Below are positions 1 through 8,766 of a stretch of 53,797 bases of DNA, piece after piece (position 1 is the stretch's first letter; each line of letters opens with the position of its first letter). The stretch is taken from assembly GCA_002796135.1 (NCBI GenBank), contig PCWB01000032.1:1-53797 (forward strand), given 5' to 3'. Position numbers and translations under genes: made by a program. Below the pieces are notes generated by a model that ran no database searches, had not been told where the DNA came from, and was given only the letters and a program-made list of their open reading frames with translations. Origin of the DNA: Candidatus Omnitrophica bacterium CG11_big_fil_rev_8_21_14_0_20_41_12. Its GTDB lineage: Bacteria; Omnitrophota; Gorgyraeia; Gygaellales; Profunditerraquicolaceae.

Positions 1-572
1 AAATCCTGACGCACATTGCCATCACAATTTACATCAACGCCCTTAACATCTTTATTTATCCCTACCTTTAAATTTATCTGATAATTAAATAAATCCTCTG
101 CACTAGGATTCTTGATCAAAATTTCTTTACGAAAATTAAAACCGCTTAACTGCGGATTGCCAAAACTAGAAGTTATGCCTGCAGTGTCTGTGTAAGTTAT
201 ATTGATCGCCTTAAGCCTTGAATCTTCATCCAAAACTCTAACGCGCCATTTAATCCGGTCTCCTTTAACAAAATTATCTGCTAAAGGGACGCCGTTAGTT
301 ACCGGATAATAATGCAGGCCGTTATCCGCGCTCACATCTAGCGCCACTTTTCCAACTGCAGTATAATTTACACAAATAGTTTTTATCTGACCCTTGGTTG
401 CGGCAAATCCGGACAAGACATACTCTGATTTTACTAATTTTGGCAGGGCATAATCTCCTGCTCCCCCCTCATACCAGGATAAAGGTGATCTAATTATGGT
501 TACTTCGGCATGTGCAACAGCTAAACCGGAAAACAGCAATACCAGTACAAACAAATTAAATATTTTATACAT
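1..572 (-). CDS. Secreted protein, 3' end cut by the window edge (possible DUF2341-like beta-sandwich region)
   Basis: ATG at 572-570. I checked the frame by hand and it is open down to nt 3. The N-terminus MYKIFNLFVLVLLFSGLAVAHA is a Sec-type signal peptide. The later segment FNFRKEILIKNPSAEDLFNYQINLKVG resembles DUF2341. It is absent from the ORF track because its stop lies outside the window. Confidence 0.5.
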   Translation of the reverse strand, partial: MYKIFNLFVLVLLFSGLAVAHAEVTIIRSPLSWYEGGAGDYALPKLVKSEYVLSGFAATKGQIKTICVNYTAVGKVALDVSADNGLHYYPVTNGVPLADNFVKGDRIKWRVRVLDEDSRLKAINITYTDTAGITSSFGNPQLSGFNFRKEILIKNPSAEDLFNYQINLKVGINKDVKGVDVNCDGNVRQD

Positions 573-751
573 TTTTATCTGCCTTCGCATATACTCTTTA
601 CCTTCATAAATCCTACTTTAACTATATAATATTCAATCAGTAATAACAATCGTAAAACTACTCGATTTCATTGCGCTTCTTACTTAAAGTGAACGACACA
701 ATTTTGCAGTTTGGACATTTTAGATTGGACATTTCTAATCTCAAAAGCGCT

Positions 752-1393
752 TTAAACATCAATGATTTTATTTTCCAAAGCGTATTTTATCAGGTCACTG
801 GTCTTATGTAAGTTAAGCTTCTTTAAGATGCTGTTTTTATGGTTTTCTACTGTCCTGCGGCTGATAAACAACACATCCGCAACCTCCTTGGCGGTTTTGC
901 CCTCCACAGTCAAGCGTAAAACATCGCTTTCCCGCTCATTTAAAAGTGCGATTGCTTCATTTTTTTTCTTCGGCTCTTTGGCTGTACCCGCCAAATATTC
1001 TGAGATTGCCTCTCCCAGATAAACTTTACCCGCAGCTACCCGGGCCAAAGCTAAGATTAACTCTTCAGCTACATTTTCTTTATTTAAATAACCATTCACC
1101 CCTTGGTGCAAAGCTTTTGAAACATAAGCTCCTAACTTATGCACTGAGATGATAATAATTTTTGTCTTAGCAGAAACCCGTTTTATGCGGGCAATTATAT
1201 CCAAACCGCTGATTTTAGGCATGGTAATGTCCAGCAGCAAAATGTCCGGCTTAATTTTTTCTACAACCTCCAAAGCCTCTTCTCCGTTTGAAGCTTCTGC
1301 GCAAACCTCATATTCTGCATGCCCTTTAAGCACGCTTTTAATACCGGCGCGGATAATGTCATGATCATCTGCGATTACAATTCTGGTTGCCAT
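752..1393 (-). CDS. Two-component response regulator, NarL/LuxR family (REC + LuxR-type HTH)
   Basis: REC motifs are present (VIADDHDIIR, LLLDITMPKISG, and a KA.. lysine). The C-terminus LNERESDVLRLTVEGKTAKEVADVLFISRRTVENHKNSILKKL is a GerE/LuxR HTH. The start lies 2 nt after the kinase stop. Confidence 0.9.
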   Translation of the reverse strand: MATRIVIADDHDIIRAGIKSVLKGHAEYEVCAEASNGEEALEVVEKIKPDILLLDITMPKISGLDIIARIKRVSAKTKIIIISVHKLGAYVSKALHQGVNGYLNKENVAEELILALARVAAGKVYLGEAISEYLAGTAKEPKKKNEAIALLNERESDVLRLTVEGKTAKEVADVLFISRRTVENHKNSILKKLNLHKTSDLIKYALENKIIDV

Positions 1394-1395
1394 AT

Positions 1396-2727
1396 TTAAA
1401 TTGGTAATGTTACACAGATACTGGTGCCATGGTCTGCGCCTGAATTTATATGCATCCGGCCATCAAGCAACTCTACCCGGTCCTTTAAACCTAAAAGCCC
1501 CATCCTTAATTTATCTTCTCTGCGGCGAAAAGGGGATTTAAGCACCGCGTTATAATCAAACCCCTTGCCGTCATCCGTATAAAATAATTCGGCGATCTCT
1601 GATTTTTGTACTAACTTTAATTCTACATGTTTGGCCTGCGAATGCTTGGCCATGTTCGTTAAAAGCTCCTGCGTAATCCGGTAAAAAAGTAAATTGTATT
1701 CTTCGGAGAGCTCAAAAAATGCTTCAGGCTTCTGATAGTTATAATCAATGCCGGTAAGATGTTTATATTCCAATAGTAAGGCCTCCAGGCTTTCAATTAG
1801 GCCCAGCTCATCGAGATCCGGTGGCCGCAGAAGAAAAGCAATGTTATGACTTTTTTCCATTAAACCAGAAATAATCTCTCTACACTGATTGATCTTCTCC
1901 CGTATTTCAGCTGAAGCATTTTCCAATCCTTGTTGAATTACGCCTAAATAAATTTTTAAAGCGCTTAAATCCTGGCCCATCTCATCATGTATGGCATTGG
2001 ACAGATGTTTGCGTTCGTCCTCTTCGACATTGATCAAGCGATTAAACATATCCTGCCGTAATAACCTCTCCTTAATCCTGCGGCGGTAAACTGCCAGAGC
2101 AATTAAACTTCCGGAGATTAATGCCGCGGCTAAACTAAACTGCAGAAAAAAAACTGCACGTGTTTTATCGGTTCTGGCTTGTGCCATCTGCCGTTGTACT
2201 TCTTCTAAATTAGCTTTACCCATAGAACCGTCTATAAATTCATCGATTTTGTAAACCTTATTTTCAAAGCTCATCAACAGGTTATTTACTGCCGGGCTGA
2301 CTTTTCCGGATCCTTCCTGATCGACGGAGCGGATGATCTTCTTGCCTAGAGCAAATAACTCTTCAAAGGATAGTTGTGCCTGATCAGCCCATTCTTTTTG
2401 CTGACTTAAATAAGCATTGCTACGGTAGATCTGTAATTGTTGCTTAAAACTTTCTCCGAATAAGAAGATCTTATCTGCATCTGCAGCCATGGGCGCAGCC
2501 CCCAAATACCGGGCTGAGTGCCAATAAACATAATTGCGCACACCTAAAGCATAATTAGCGTTTTTTATGCGCATCTCCAGTACTGCTGATTCCAGGGTTA
2601 AATTGTTTTTACCCAGATCTTCAATCTTACGCATCAGCCCCTGAATCTGGGATATCCCCACCACCCCGATAACTAATGTAAGTGAAATTAAAAAACCAAA
2701 AGCTAAGAGCAATTTCTTCTCTTTCAT
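1396..2727 (-). CDS. Sensor histidine kinase, HisKA_3/NarX-LiaS type, with an N-terminal two-TM extracytoplasmic sensor
   Basis: H-box SNAIHDEMGQDLSAL and a HATPase_c tail (DDGKGF, GLLGLKDRVELLDGRM). There are two TM segments around a roughly 170-aa sensor. I prefer the ATG at 2727 (AAGGA upstream) over the TTG at 2739 used in the ORF track. Confidence 0.85.
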   Translation of the reverse strand: MKEKKLLLAFGFLISLTLVIGVVGISQIQGLMRKIEDLGKNNLTLESAVLEMRIKNANYALGVRNYVYWHSARYLGAAPMAADADKIFLFGESFKQQLQIYRSNAYLSQQKEWADQAQLSFEELFALGKKIIRSVDQEGSGKVSPAVNNLLMSFENKVYKIDEFIDGSMGKANLEEVQRQMAQARTDKTRAVFFLQFSLAAALISGSLIALAVYRRRIKERLLRQDMFNRLINVEEDERKHLSNAIHDEMGQDLSALKIYLGVIQQGLENASAEIREKINQCREIISGLMEKSHNIAFLLRPPDLDELGLIESLEALLLEYKHLTGIDYNYQKPEAFFELSEEYNLLFYRITQELLTNMAKHSQAKHVELKLVQKSEIAELFYTDDGKGFDYNAVLKSPFRRREDKLRMGLLGLKDRVELLDGRMHINSGADHGTSICVTLPI

Positions 2728-2728
2728 C

Positions 2729-4798
2729 TTAATTTTCAAGTTCCTTAACCCGCTTCAATGCCTGCACCGTCCAAGGATCATCAGGTTCGCCAAAGGCCAC
2801 ACGTTTTCTCCAATACTCCAGGGCCTTGGAAAAATCCCCCCGGTCTTCATGAAATAATGCCAGATTCGAATAAGCTGCGCAAAAATTCGGGTCAGCTGCG
2901 ATTGCCTTAAGATACATCGCTTCAGCTTTGTCTGATTTAGAGTCCCGCTCATAGATTATCCCTAAGTTGTTATAGGCTGCGGCATATCTATTATCCAGCT
3001 CCGTAACCTTGATAAAATTGCGGATTGCTTCGTTAGAATTAGAGTCTGCCTGAGCGCGCAGCCCTTTTTGATAATAATCTTTGGCGTTTTCTTTTAACAC
3101 CGGCTTCTCTTTTTCAAGCGCAACTGCTTTTTTTACTGGCTCCTCTGCTGCTGCTTTTTCTACCGCCTGTTTTGCTGCTTTATCTTCCGCGCTTACTGCT
3201 GATTTATTCACCGAAACAATCTTTGAATTAAGCATTGTTTTATCTATCGCCTCATCTCTAACTACTTTCTCCTGTAATCTTTCCGGTAAATACTCCATAG
3301 GAATAATATCGGTAATTTCCTCACCACGCAACCCCACATCCTCCTTTGATAAATGCGGAGTAATAAAAATAATTACCTCTGTCCTCTTTTTTTCATTCGA
3401 ACGGTAACTAAAAAATGTTCCTAAAAATGGGATCCTGGATAACACCGGCCAGCCTTTAATTGATTCTATATTTTCGACTTTAGTCATCCCGGCAATCATA
3501 ATCATCGTACCGTCTTTAACTTTAACTGTAGTTTCAGACTGAGAGGTCTGCACTATCGGGATAACGCTACCCAAAGCAGTTGTGATGGTGTCTTTAACTG
3601 AGCTGACCTCCGGCTTAATCTTCATCGTAATAAAACCATCTGCCCCGATCTTAGGAACGATCTTTAATTTTACACCAACATCAATAAATTCAACCGCTTC
3701 GGAGGTTACCGTTGAAGAAGTTGCCTGGCTTTGAGTTTGGGTAACATAAGCTTCGCGCGAACCAACCATCACACTTGCCTCTTCATTATTAACTACCGCA
3801 ATTCTCGGCTGAGAGATAACATGGGTTTTACCGTAAGTATCCAGAAAATTTAAGATTGCTTTATAATGGTCGGTGGCCAAGGTCCCGACTGAGATTTTTT
3901 GATAGGCTGCAGTAAGGGTGGCGGGAAAATATCCGGAAAAAGCCAAACCATCCATCGCCGCTTCAGTAAATACCTTTTCCCAATCTATGCCTCTTTCAAA
4001 TTTGTCGTCTAAGGTCAGCTCTACGATATCAGTTTCCACATAAACCTGACGCGATTCCTCATCCAACTCCCGGACTAACATATTCATTCTCTGCATCTTC
4101 TGCGGTAAATCCGAAATGATTGCCTTCCCGCTACGCTCATCAATAATTACTTCACCGGTTCCCGGGGTGACTGCTGCGCTAAATTGCGCTTTGGCATCAG
4201 CAGCCTTCATATAATTTAAATCGTAAATTGAAGTCGTTAGGGGCCGATCCAATTCTTTAATTGTTTCATTTAACAACTCCAGCTTCCCCGGGGTATCAAT
4301 CAGGATTATTGTGCCGCTGGCTTCATCAACCACAATTTTCCCCACATCGGATTTTAGCTGACCCAAAGCATTAAAAATTATCGAAGGCTTAGCATAAACT
4401 AGCTTTACAGTCTGGATTTTTCTCGGATCAACATAATCCTGGCCAAAATTTTTCCGGTATTCTGCGGCAGTCATCACATAATAAATATTGTCTTTTCTAT
4501 TTAAAGCTAATCCTTGGGTCAAAACAATAATATCCAGCACATCGTTAAAAGCCACATTAGTTAAATATACAGTAATCCGGCCGGTAATATCTTTACTGGG
4601 AACAATCGTTTTGCCGGTTTTTAAAGAAATAATCCGCAATAACTCTACGATATCGACGTTTTTTAAATCCAAAGAAATCTTATCATCAGCGCCTTCCTGA
4701 GCCTGAGAATCATCAACAGCACAATCGATTTTTATACCCAAAGGATTGATTAAAAATACCGAGATTAATAAAATTGTGATTAAATTATTTGGCTTCAT
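2729..4798 (-). CDS. Secretin (T2SS/T4P GspD/PilQ/MshL-like) with a roughly 200-aa C-terminal extension ending in TPR repeats
   Basis: It has a signal peptide and Secretin_N-like repeats. The secretin core is GADGFITMKIKPEVSSV...VIPIVQTSQSETTVKVKDG...GWPVLSRIPFLG...EVIIFITPHL. The C-terminal segment AKDYYQKGL...AAYNNLGIIY...AAYSNLALFHEDRGDFSKALEYW is TPR. A GAGG SD lies 5 nt before the ATG at 4798. Confidence 0.8.
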   Translation of the reverse strand: MKPNNLITILLISVFLINPLGIKIDCAVDDSQAQEGADDKISLDLKNVDIVELLRIISLKTGKTIVPSKDITGRITVYLTNVAFNDVLDIIVLTQGLALNRKDNIYYVMTAAEYRKNFGQDYVDPRKIQTVKLVYAKPSIIFNALGQLKSDVGKIVVDEASGTIILIDTPGKLELLNETIKELDRPLTTSIYDLNYMKAADAKAQFSAAVTPGTGEVIIDERSGKAIISDLPQKMQRMNMLVRELDEESRQVYVETDIVELTLDDKFERGIDWEKVFTEAAMDGLAFSGYFPATLTAAYQKISVGTLATDHYKAILNFLDTYGKTHVISQPRIAVVNNEEASVMVGSREAYVTQTQSQATSSTVTSEAVEFIDVGVKLKIVPKIGADGFITMKIKPEVSSVKDTITTALGSVIPIVQTSQSETTVKVKDGTMIMIAGMTKVENIESIKGWPVLSRIPFLGTFFSYRSNEKKRTEVIIFITPHLSKEDVGLRGEEITDIIPMEYLPERLQEKVVRDEAIDKTMLNSKIVSVNKSAVSAEDKAAKQAVEKAAAEEPVKKAVALEKEKPVLKENAKDYYQKGLRAQADSNSNEAIRNFIKVTELDNRYAAAYNNLGIIYERDSKSDKAEAMYLKAIAADPNFCAAYSNLALFHEDRGDFSKALEYWRKRVAFGEPDDPWTVQALKRVKELEN

Positions 4799-6305
4799 TC
4801 TTTACCTCGCGGCCGATATTGCCGGCTCCGGTTATAATTGTCGGGGTTATAAATATAACTAACTCGGTCTTTTTATTTTCTTTAGTTTTCGTAGCAAATA
4901 AATTTCCTAAAATCGGTATACGCGATAATTTCGGCCATCCACTACTATCATCCGTATCTTCCTGTTTTAATAAACCGGTAATAATCAAAGTGCGGCCATC
5001 CTTTATTTTAACTACTGACTCAGACTGAGAAGTCTGCACTATCGGAATCACCGAACCCGTAGAAGTAGTTAGAGTGTCTTTTACCGAACTGACCTCCGGT
5101 TTAATCTTCATCGTGATAAAACCGTCAGCTCCAATTGTCGGTACCACCGTCAACTTCAAGCCTACATCAATAAACTCAACACTCTCTGCAGTAAGCGTAG
5201 ATGACTCGCTTTGGCTCAAAGTAGTGGTGACATAGGCCTCACGGGTACCAACTAAAATTTTAGCTTCTTCTTTGTTAACCGCAACAATCCTCGGCCGGTT
5301 AATCGTCTTGGTGTTTCCATATTCATTTAACATATTAATAACGACATTATAGTCATTGGCGGCCAGTGTTCCCATGCTGATTTTCCCGTAACTGGAGAGC
5401 GCCGGGGTCACCGGGAATTTCCCTACGATATCTAAATTATCTACGGATCTAAAAATCCTGTCCCAATCAATCCCGCTTTGAAATTTATCATCAATATAAA
5501 CCTCGATAATCTCACCGGTTATTAATACCTGCCGGCTCTGCTCGTCAAACTCCTCCATCAATCTCTTAATCCTCACCAAGCGTTGCGGCAGATCATAAAC
5601 AATTACTTTTGAACCACGCTCATCTAAGATAATCTGACCGACTCCCGGAGTAATTAAATCATTTAAGAAACTTTTAATATCCGCAGCTTTAGCATAATTA
5701 ATATCAAAAACCTCCGTACCTAAAGGCTGGTCTAATTCTTTAATCGCCTGAGCCATCACTGAAATTGACTGCGGAGCATCAATAATAATAATTGTTCCGG
5801 TGGATTCATCGGAGATTATCTTGCCGACATCAGATTTTAATAAGTTGATCACATTTAAAACATTAGCCGGCTTAGAATAGGCTAATTTAAAAGTCCGCGT
5901 CTCTTTATGTTCGGAATATTTTTTTCCGTAAGCTCTCTCATATTCAGGGGCAGTCATTACCTTAATTACATTACCCTTACGCTCATAAGCCAAATTTTGC
6001 ATCGTGGCAACTACATCTAGGGCATCCTCAAAACTTAAATTATTCATAAATACGGTCACCCTTCCCTGAACTTCCGGAGAGGTAACAATCGTAACCCCGC
6101 TTTTACTTGAAAGCACTTTAAAAAGTTCATTAATATCTATCCCTTTGAGATCCAATGAAATCTTATCATTAACTTCAGGATTACCGGATTTAGAAGCGAC
6201 AACCTCCTGCTCAAGCTCTTCCGGCTGCAAATCATCTGCAATAATCGATTTTGCCATCAATAACATAATCAACGCTCCGAGAAAAAAATAACCGGTTAGT
6301 TTCAT
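4785..6305 (-). CDS. Secretin (GspD/PilQ/MshL-like), paralogue of 2729..4798 without the TPR tail
   Basis: Same architecture as its neighbour. It shares the run IGADGFITMKIKPEVSSVKDT and GSVIPIVQTSQSE with it, and carries GWPKLSRIPILG...ELVIFITPTI. ATGA start/stop overlap with the upstream gene. Confidence 0.85.
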   Translation of the reverse strand: MKLTGYFFLGALIMLLMAKSIIADDLQPEELEQEVVASKSGNPEVNDKISLDLKGIDINELFKVLSSKSGVTIVTSPEVQGRVTVFMNNLSFEDALDVVATMQNLAYERKGNVIKVMTAPEYERAYGKKYSEHKETRTFKLAYSKPANVLNVINLLKSDVGKIISDESTGTIIIIDAPQSISVMAQAIKELDQPLGTEVFDINYAKAADIKSFLNDLITPGVGQIILDERGSKVIVYDLPQRLVRIKRLMEEFDEQSRQVLITGEIIEVYIDDKFQSGIDWDRIFRSVDNLDIVGKFPVTPALSSYGKISMGTLAANDYNVVINMLNEYGNTKTINRPRIVAVNKEEAKILVGTREAYVTTTLSQSESSTLTAESVEFIDVGLKLTVVPTIGADGFITMKIKPEVSSVKDTLTTSTGSVIPIVQTSQSESVVKIKDGRTLIITGLLKQEDTDDSSGWPKLSRIPILGNLFATKTKENKKTELVIFITPTIITGAGNIGREVKNEAK

Positions 6306-6952
6306 CTTAATTCGTATTCCCGGGTGCTCGCTCCTAAGTTAACTTCTAAAGTTGCGGAATTACGCGAAATCTCCTTAATTTTAAACTGGCTGCTAAAAGA
6401 CTCACCTTTCTTTAAAGTATAAGTCCGCGAATCTTTGGCATTTTCAATCATTACCTCCGGATTCTTTGACCAGATAACCCCGACTAATTTAAAATCTTTA
6501 AGCTCATTCAGAACATCGACGTCTTCTTCGGCTATAACACCAGAACCCTTAAAACTAGGCGGCATGAAAAAATCCCTTCTTAAGCTTTCTCCGCTGATAT
6601 TTTTACGCATTGCTCCCTGCTCCCGGCCGGCTGAAATAAATTTTAATACTGCTTTAGAATCAGCCGGAGTAAAATAAGCGGCATTAGATTTAGAGATGGC
6701 CGGGGCACTAAATAAAGTGTAGATAAAAATCAAGGTCAAAAATGCTCCCAAGCCGATCAAGCCCTTATTTACTTTAACCAGATCGAACTTTAAGTTCTTA
6801 AAAATACCCTTTAGAGCAACTAAATCAAACCTTGACCCTGTGGGCAGCCCAAATGATTTCTTGGTGCCGGGTAGATTTATCTTGGCTCGACGCGGTTCAC
6901 TTGAGCCTTCGATGATCTTAAGTAATCTTTCATCCGATGTTTGCTTATCCAT
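6302..6952 (-). CDS. Bitopic membrane protein, PilP/GspC-like secretin-interacting domain (tentative)
   Basis: One TM segment (LIGLGAFLTLIFIYTLF). The C-terminal FKLVGVIWSKNPEVMIENAKDSRTYTLKKGESFSSQFKIKEISRNSATLE has the pattern typical of PilP/GspC HR beta-domains. Its position between the ATPase and the secretin supports the call. Confidence 0.45.
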   Translation of the reverse strand: MDKQTSDERLLKIIEGSSEPRRAKINLPGTKKSFGLPTGSRFDLVALKGIFKNLKFDLVKVNKGLIGLGAFLTLIFIYTLFSAPAISKSNAAYFTPADSKAVLKFISAGREQGAMRKNISGESLRRDFFMPPSFKGSGVIAEEDVDVLNELKDFKLVGVIWSKNPEVMIENAKDSRTYTLKKGESFSSQFKIKEISRNSATLEVNLGASTREYELR

Positions 6953-6954
6953 AA

Positions 6955-7779
6955 TTAAACTACGCTACGGGCAATTAAATCCCGGATCATCGCCCCGTCC
7001 ACCACTGTTTTATTGCTGGTCACCAGATTCCTTAAAGCATTATGACAAATTAAATTGATCCTGCGGGGATACCCCTGACTGTAACGCTGAATTTCACTAA
7101 CTGCTTCACCGGTAAAAAGTTGCAACTCTGTATTAAAACCGGCATGATGCAGACGAAAATTAATCAGATCTTTAGTTTCCGGCTCATCCAGAGGATTAAT
7201 CACATATTTGAGCACAATCCGGTCGTAAAAATTCTTAATCTCTTTGATCTTAGGCAAAAGCTCCATCTGCGAAAAAAGCACCAGTTGCAGCAGCTTATAA
7301 TCATTGGTTTCGTAATTTAGCAAAACTCGCAAGACCTCTAAAGATTCCTCATTTAATTTTTGCGCCTCATCGACAACTAAAACAATAGTTTTATTTTCAT
7401 CTACTCCTTTTTCAAAAAGATGTTTTTTAATTACCTCTTTATAATCCAGAATGCTGGGTGAGCCGGCAAGCTGATCCTGAAGATTAAACGTACGCACTAA
7501 TGATTCCAGGAATAACTCCTCGCTTTGAGCAGTGGGGTCTAAAATCATATAAAATAATATACCCTCCCGCTCCTTAAGCATTTGAAAAAGCTTGCGCGAA
7601 AGAGTAGTTTTGCCTACCCCGACATCCCCCAAAATGACGCTTAAGCCCCGGCGCAGGCGGATCTCAACCAATAAACGAATCAACGCTGCCTTATGTTCGT
7701 TAGATTCAAAGAAAAACTCCGGGTCCGGGCTGTTGGAAAATGGCTCTTTGATTAAGCCTAGCGTTGAAAAATAGCTCAT
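6955..7779 (-). CDS. AAA+ ATPase, ExeA(GspA)/MshM-like (AAA_22)
   Basis: N-terminus YFSTLGLIKEPFSNSPDPEFFFESNEHKAAL, Walker A GDVGVGKTT and Walker B LVVDEAQ. At 274 aa it has no peptidoglycan-binding C-terminal domain, so it is closer to MshM than to ExeA. Confidence 0.75.
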   Translation of the reverse strand: MSYFSTLGLIKEPFSNSPDPEFFFESNEHKAALIRLLVEIRLRRGLSVILGDVGVGKTTLSRKLFQMLKEREGILFYMILDPTAQSEELFLESLVRTFNLQDQLAGSPSILDYKEVIKKHLFEKGVDENKTIVLVVDEAQKLNEESLEVLRVLLNYETNDYKLLQLVLFSQMELLPKIKEIKNFYDRIVLKYVINPLDEPETKDLINFRLHHAGFNTELQLFTGEAVSEIQRYSQGYPRRINLICHNALRNLVTSNKTVVDGAMIRDLIARSVV

Positions 7780-8007
7780 TTAGCCCTTTCTTAGTAGATT
7801 ACAGATTAATTTTAAAGAATAACCCTGGCTTTTAAGGTTATCGATCTTTTTTAAACAAACCCCTACCTGTCGCGAGTCATAAAGCCGGCTGTTGGCATTC
7901 CTCTTCTTAACCATCAATAAGCCCAAATTAGTATAGTAGTTAACCGTCTGATAAGAAATACCATAAATTTTACCAATTTCAGTCGGTGAAATTAATGCTT
8001 TGGCCAT
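7780..8007 (-). CDS. Small HTH DNA-binding protein (MerR/excisionase-like HTH)
   Basis: ISPTEIGKIYGISYQTVNYYTNLGLL is an HTH. I prefer the ATG at 8007 because GGAGG lies 7 nt upstream; the ORF track starts at 8049. The stop abuts the ATPase start. Confidence 0.55.
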   Translation of the reverse strand: MAKALISPTEIGKIYGISYQTVNYYTNLGLLMVKKRNANSRLYDSRQVGVCLKKIDNLKSQGYSLKLICNLLRKG

Positions 8008-8090
8008 GCTTGCCTCCATTGTAAGATTAATTTTTATTTTATTTTTCAAGCTTATAGCTATCTATAGTAAGTGCTATAATGCTATATGAA

Positions 8091-8119
8091 ATGATATAAT
8101 AAACTATACATTTTGTCAA
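8091..8119 (-). promoter_or_regulatory. Putative sigma70 promoter of the HTH-ATPase-secretin operon
   Basis: On the minus strand: TTGACA (8119-8114), 17-nt spacer, TATCAT (8096-8091). The -35 context ACTTGACAA recurs at the putative promoter at 25270-25298. Confidence 0.35.
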
Positions 8120-8250
8120 GTACTATTCCGCTTTTTTTGGGGATTTTACCGACGAGAAAACATAACTTGGCAGATTTTTACAACACTTCTAAAAAGGAAA
8201 AACTGAATTGACATAACTTATGTATTTGCAACGGTTTTTGCGCCAGATAA

Positions 8251-8766
8251 TTAAATCTTTTTAAGCAGGCCTTTAAGGAACAGGGCTTCGGCCTTCAATA
8301 AACAGAGGTTATGCTCTAAGATCTGAGAGTGAGGAATAGAGTTTCTTAAATCTTTAGATCTTAGCAGCGTTTGGATGCTCGAAGATATCTTATTGAGAAT
8401 ACTTAGGCGGGCGGCTAATCTTCGGTGGGCTAAATTGGCAGGAAGATAGCTTAAAAAGTAGAGGCTTAAATCCAAAGTAAATTGAGGACGTTTAAAATCA
8501 AGCAGGTTTTTGCTTAGGAGCATCTCAAAACGCTCTTTACCTTTTGGCGTCAGACAATAAACAAAACATTCCGGCCGTCGGCCATGTTTAGCTGCCTGCT
8601 TGGATAGAAAGCCCTTTTTCTCCAAAACTTTTAAGGGATAATAAATTGATTTTAATTCGACACCGGCAAAAAGCGAAAGTATTTCGCGTACTTTTACCTT
8701 GATTTCATAACCGTGTTTCGGAGCCTGACGTAAGAGGCCTAATAGCAGAAGCTCCTGCTCAATCAT
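8251..8766 (-). CDS. PadR-family transcriptional regulator
   Basis: LLLLGLLRQAPKHGYEIKVKV...IYYPLKVLEKKGFL is a winged-helix PadR signature. 4-nt overlap with accA. Confidence 0.8.
   Translation of the reverse strand: MIEQELLLLGLLRQAPKHGYEIKVKVREILSLFAGVELKSIYYPLKVLEKKGFLSKQAAKHGRRPECFVYCLTPKGKERFEMLLSKNLLDFKRPQFTLDLSLYFLSYLPANLAHRRLAARLSILNKISSSIQTLLRSKDLRNSIPHSQILEHNLCLLKAEALFLKGLLKKI

Noticed and set aside
2729-6305. Recent tandem duplication or gene conversion as the explanation for the identical peptide runs in the two secretins
   Set aside because: The corresponding DNA segments differ at numerous third-codon positions. The identity is therefore maintained at the protein level, which indicates an old duplication under selection.
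8208-8240. Plus-strand TTGACA hexamer in the 8050-8250 spacer
   Set aside because: There is no acceptable -10 at a 16-18 nt spacing and no plus-strand gene to drive. The region is flanked by minus-strand genes on both sides.
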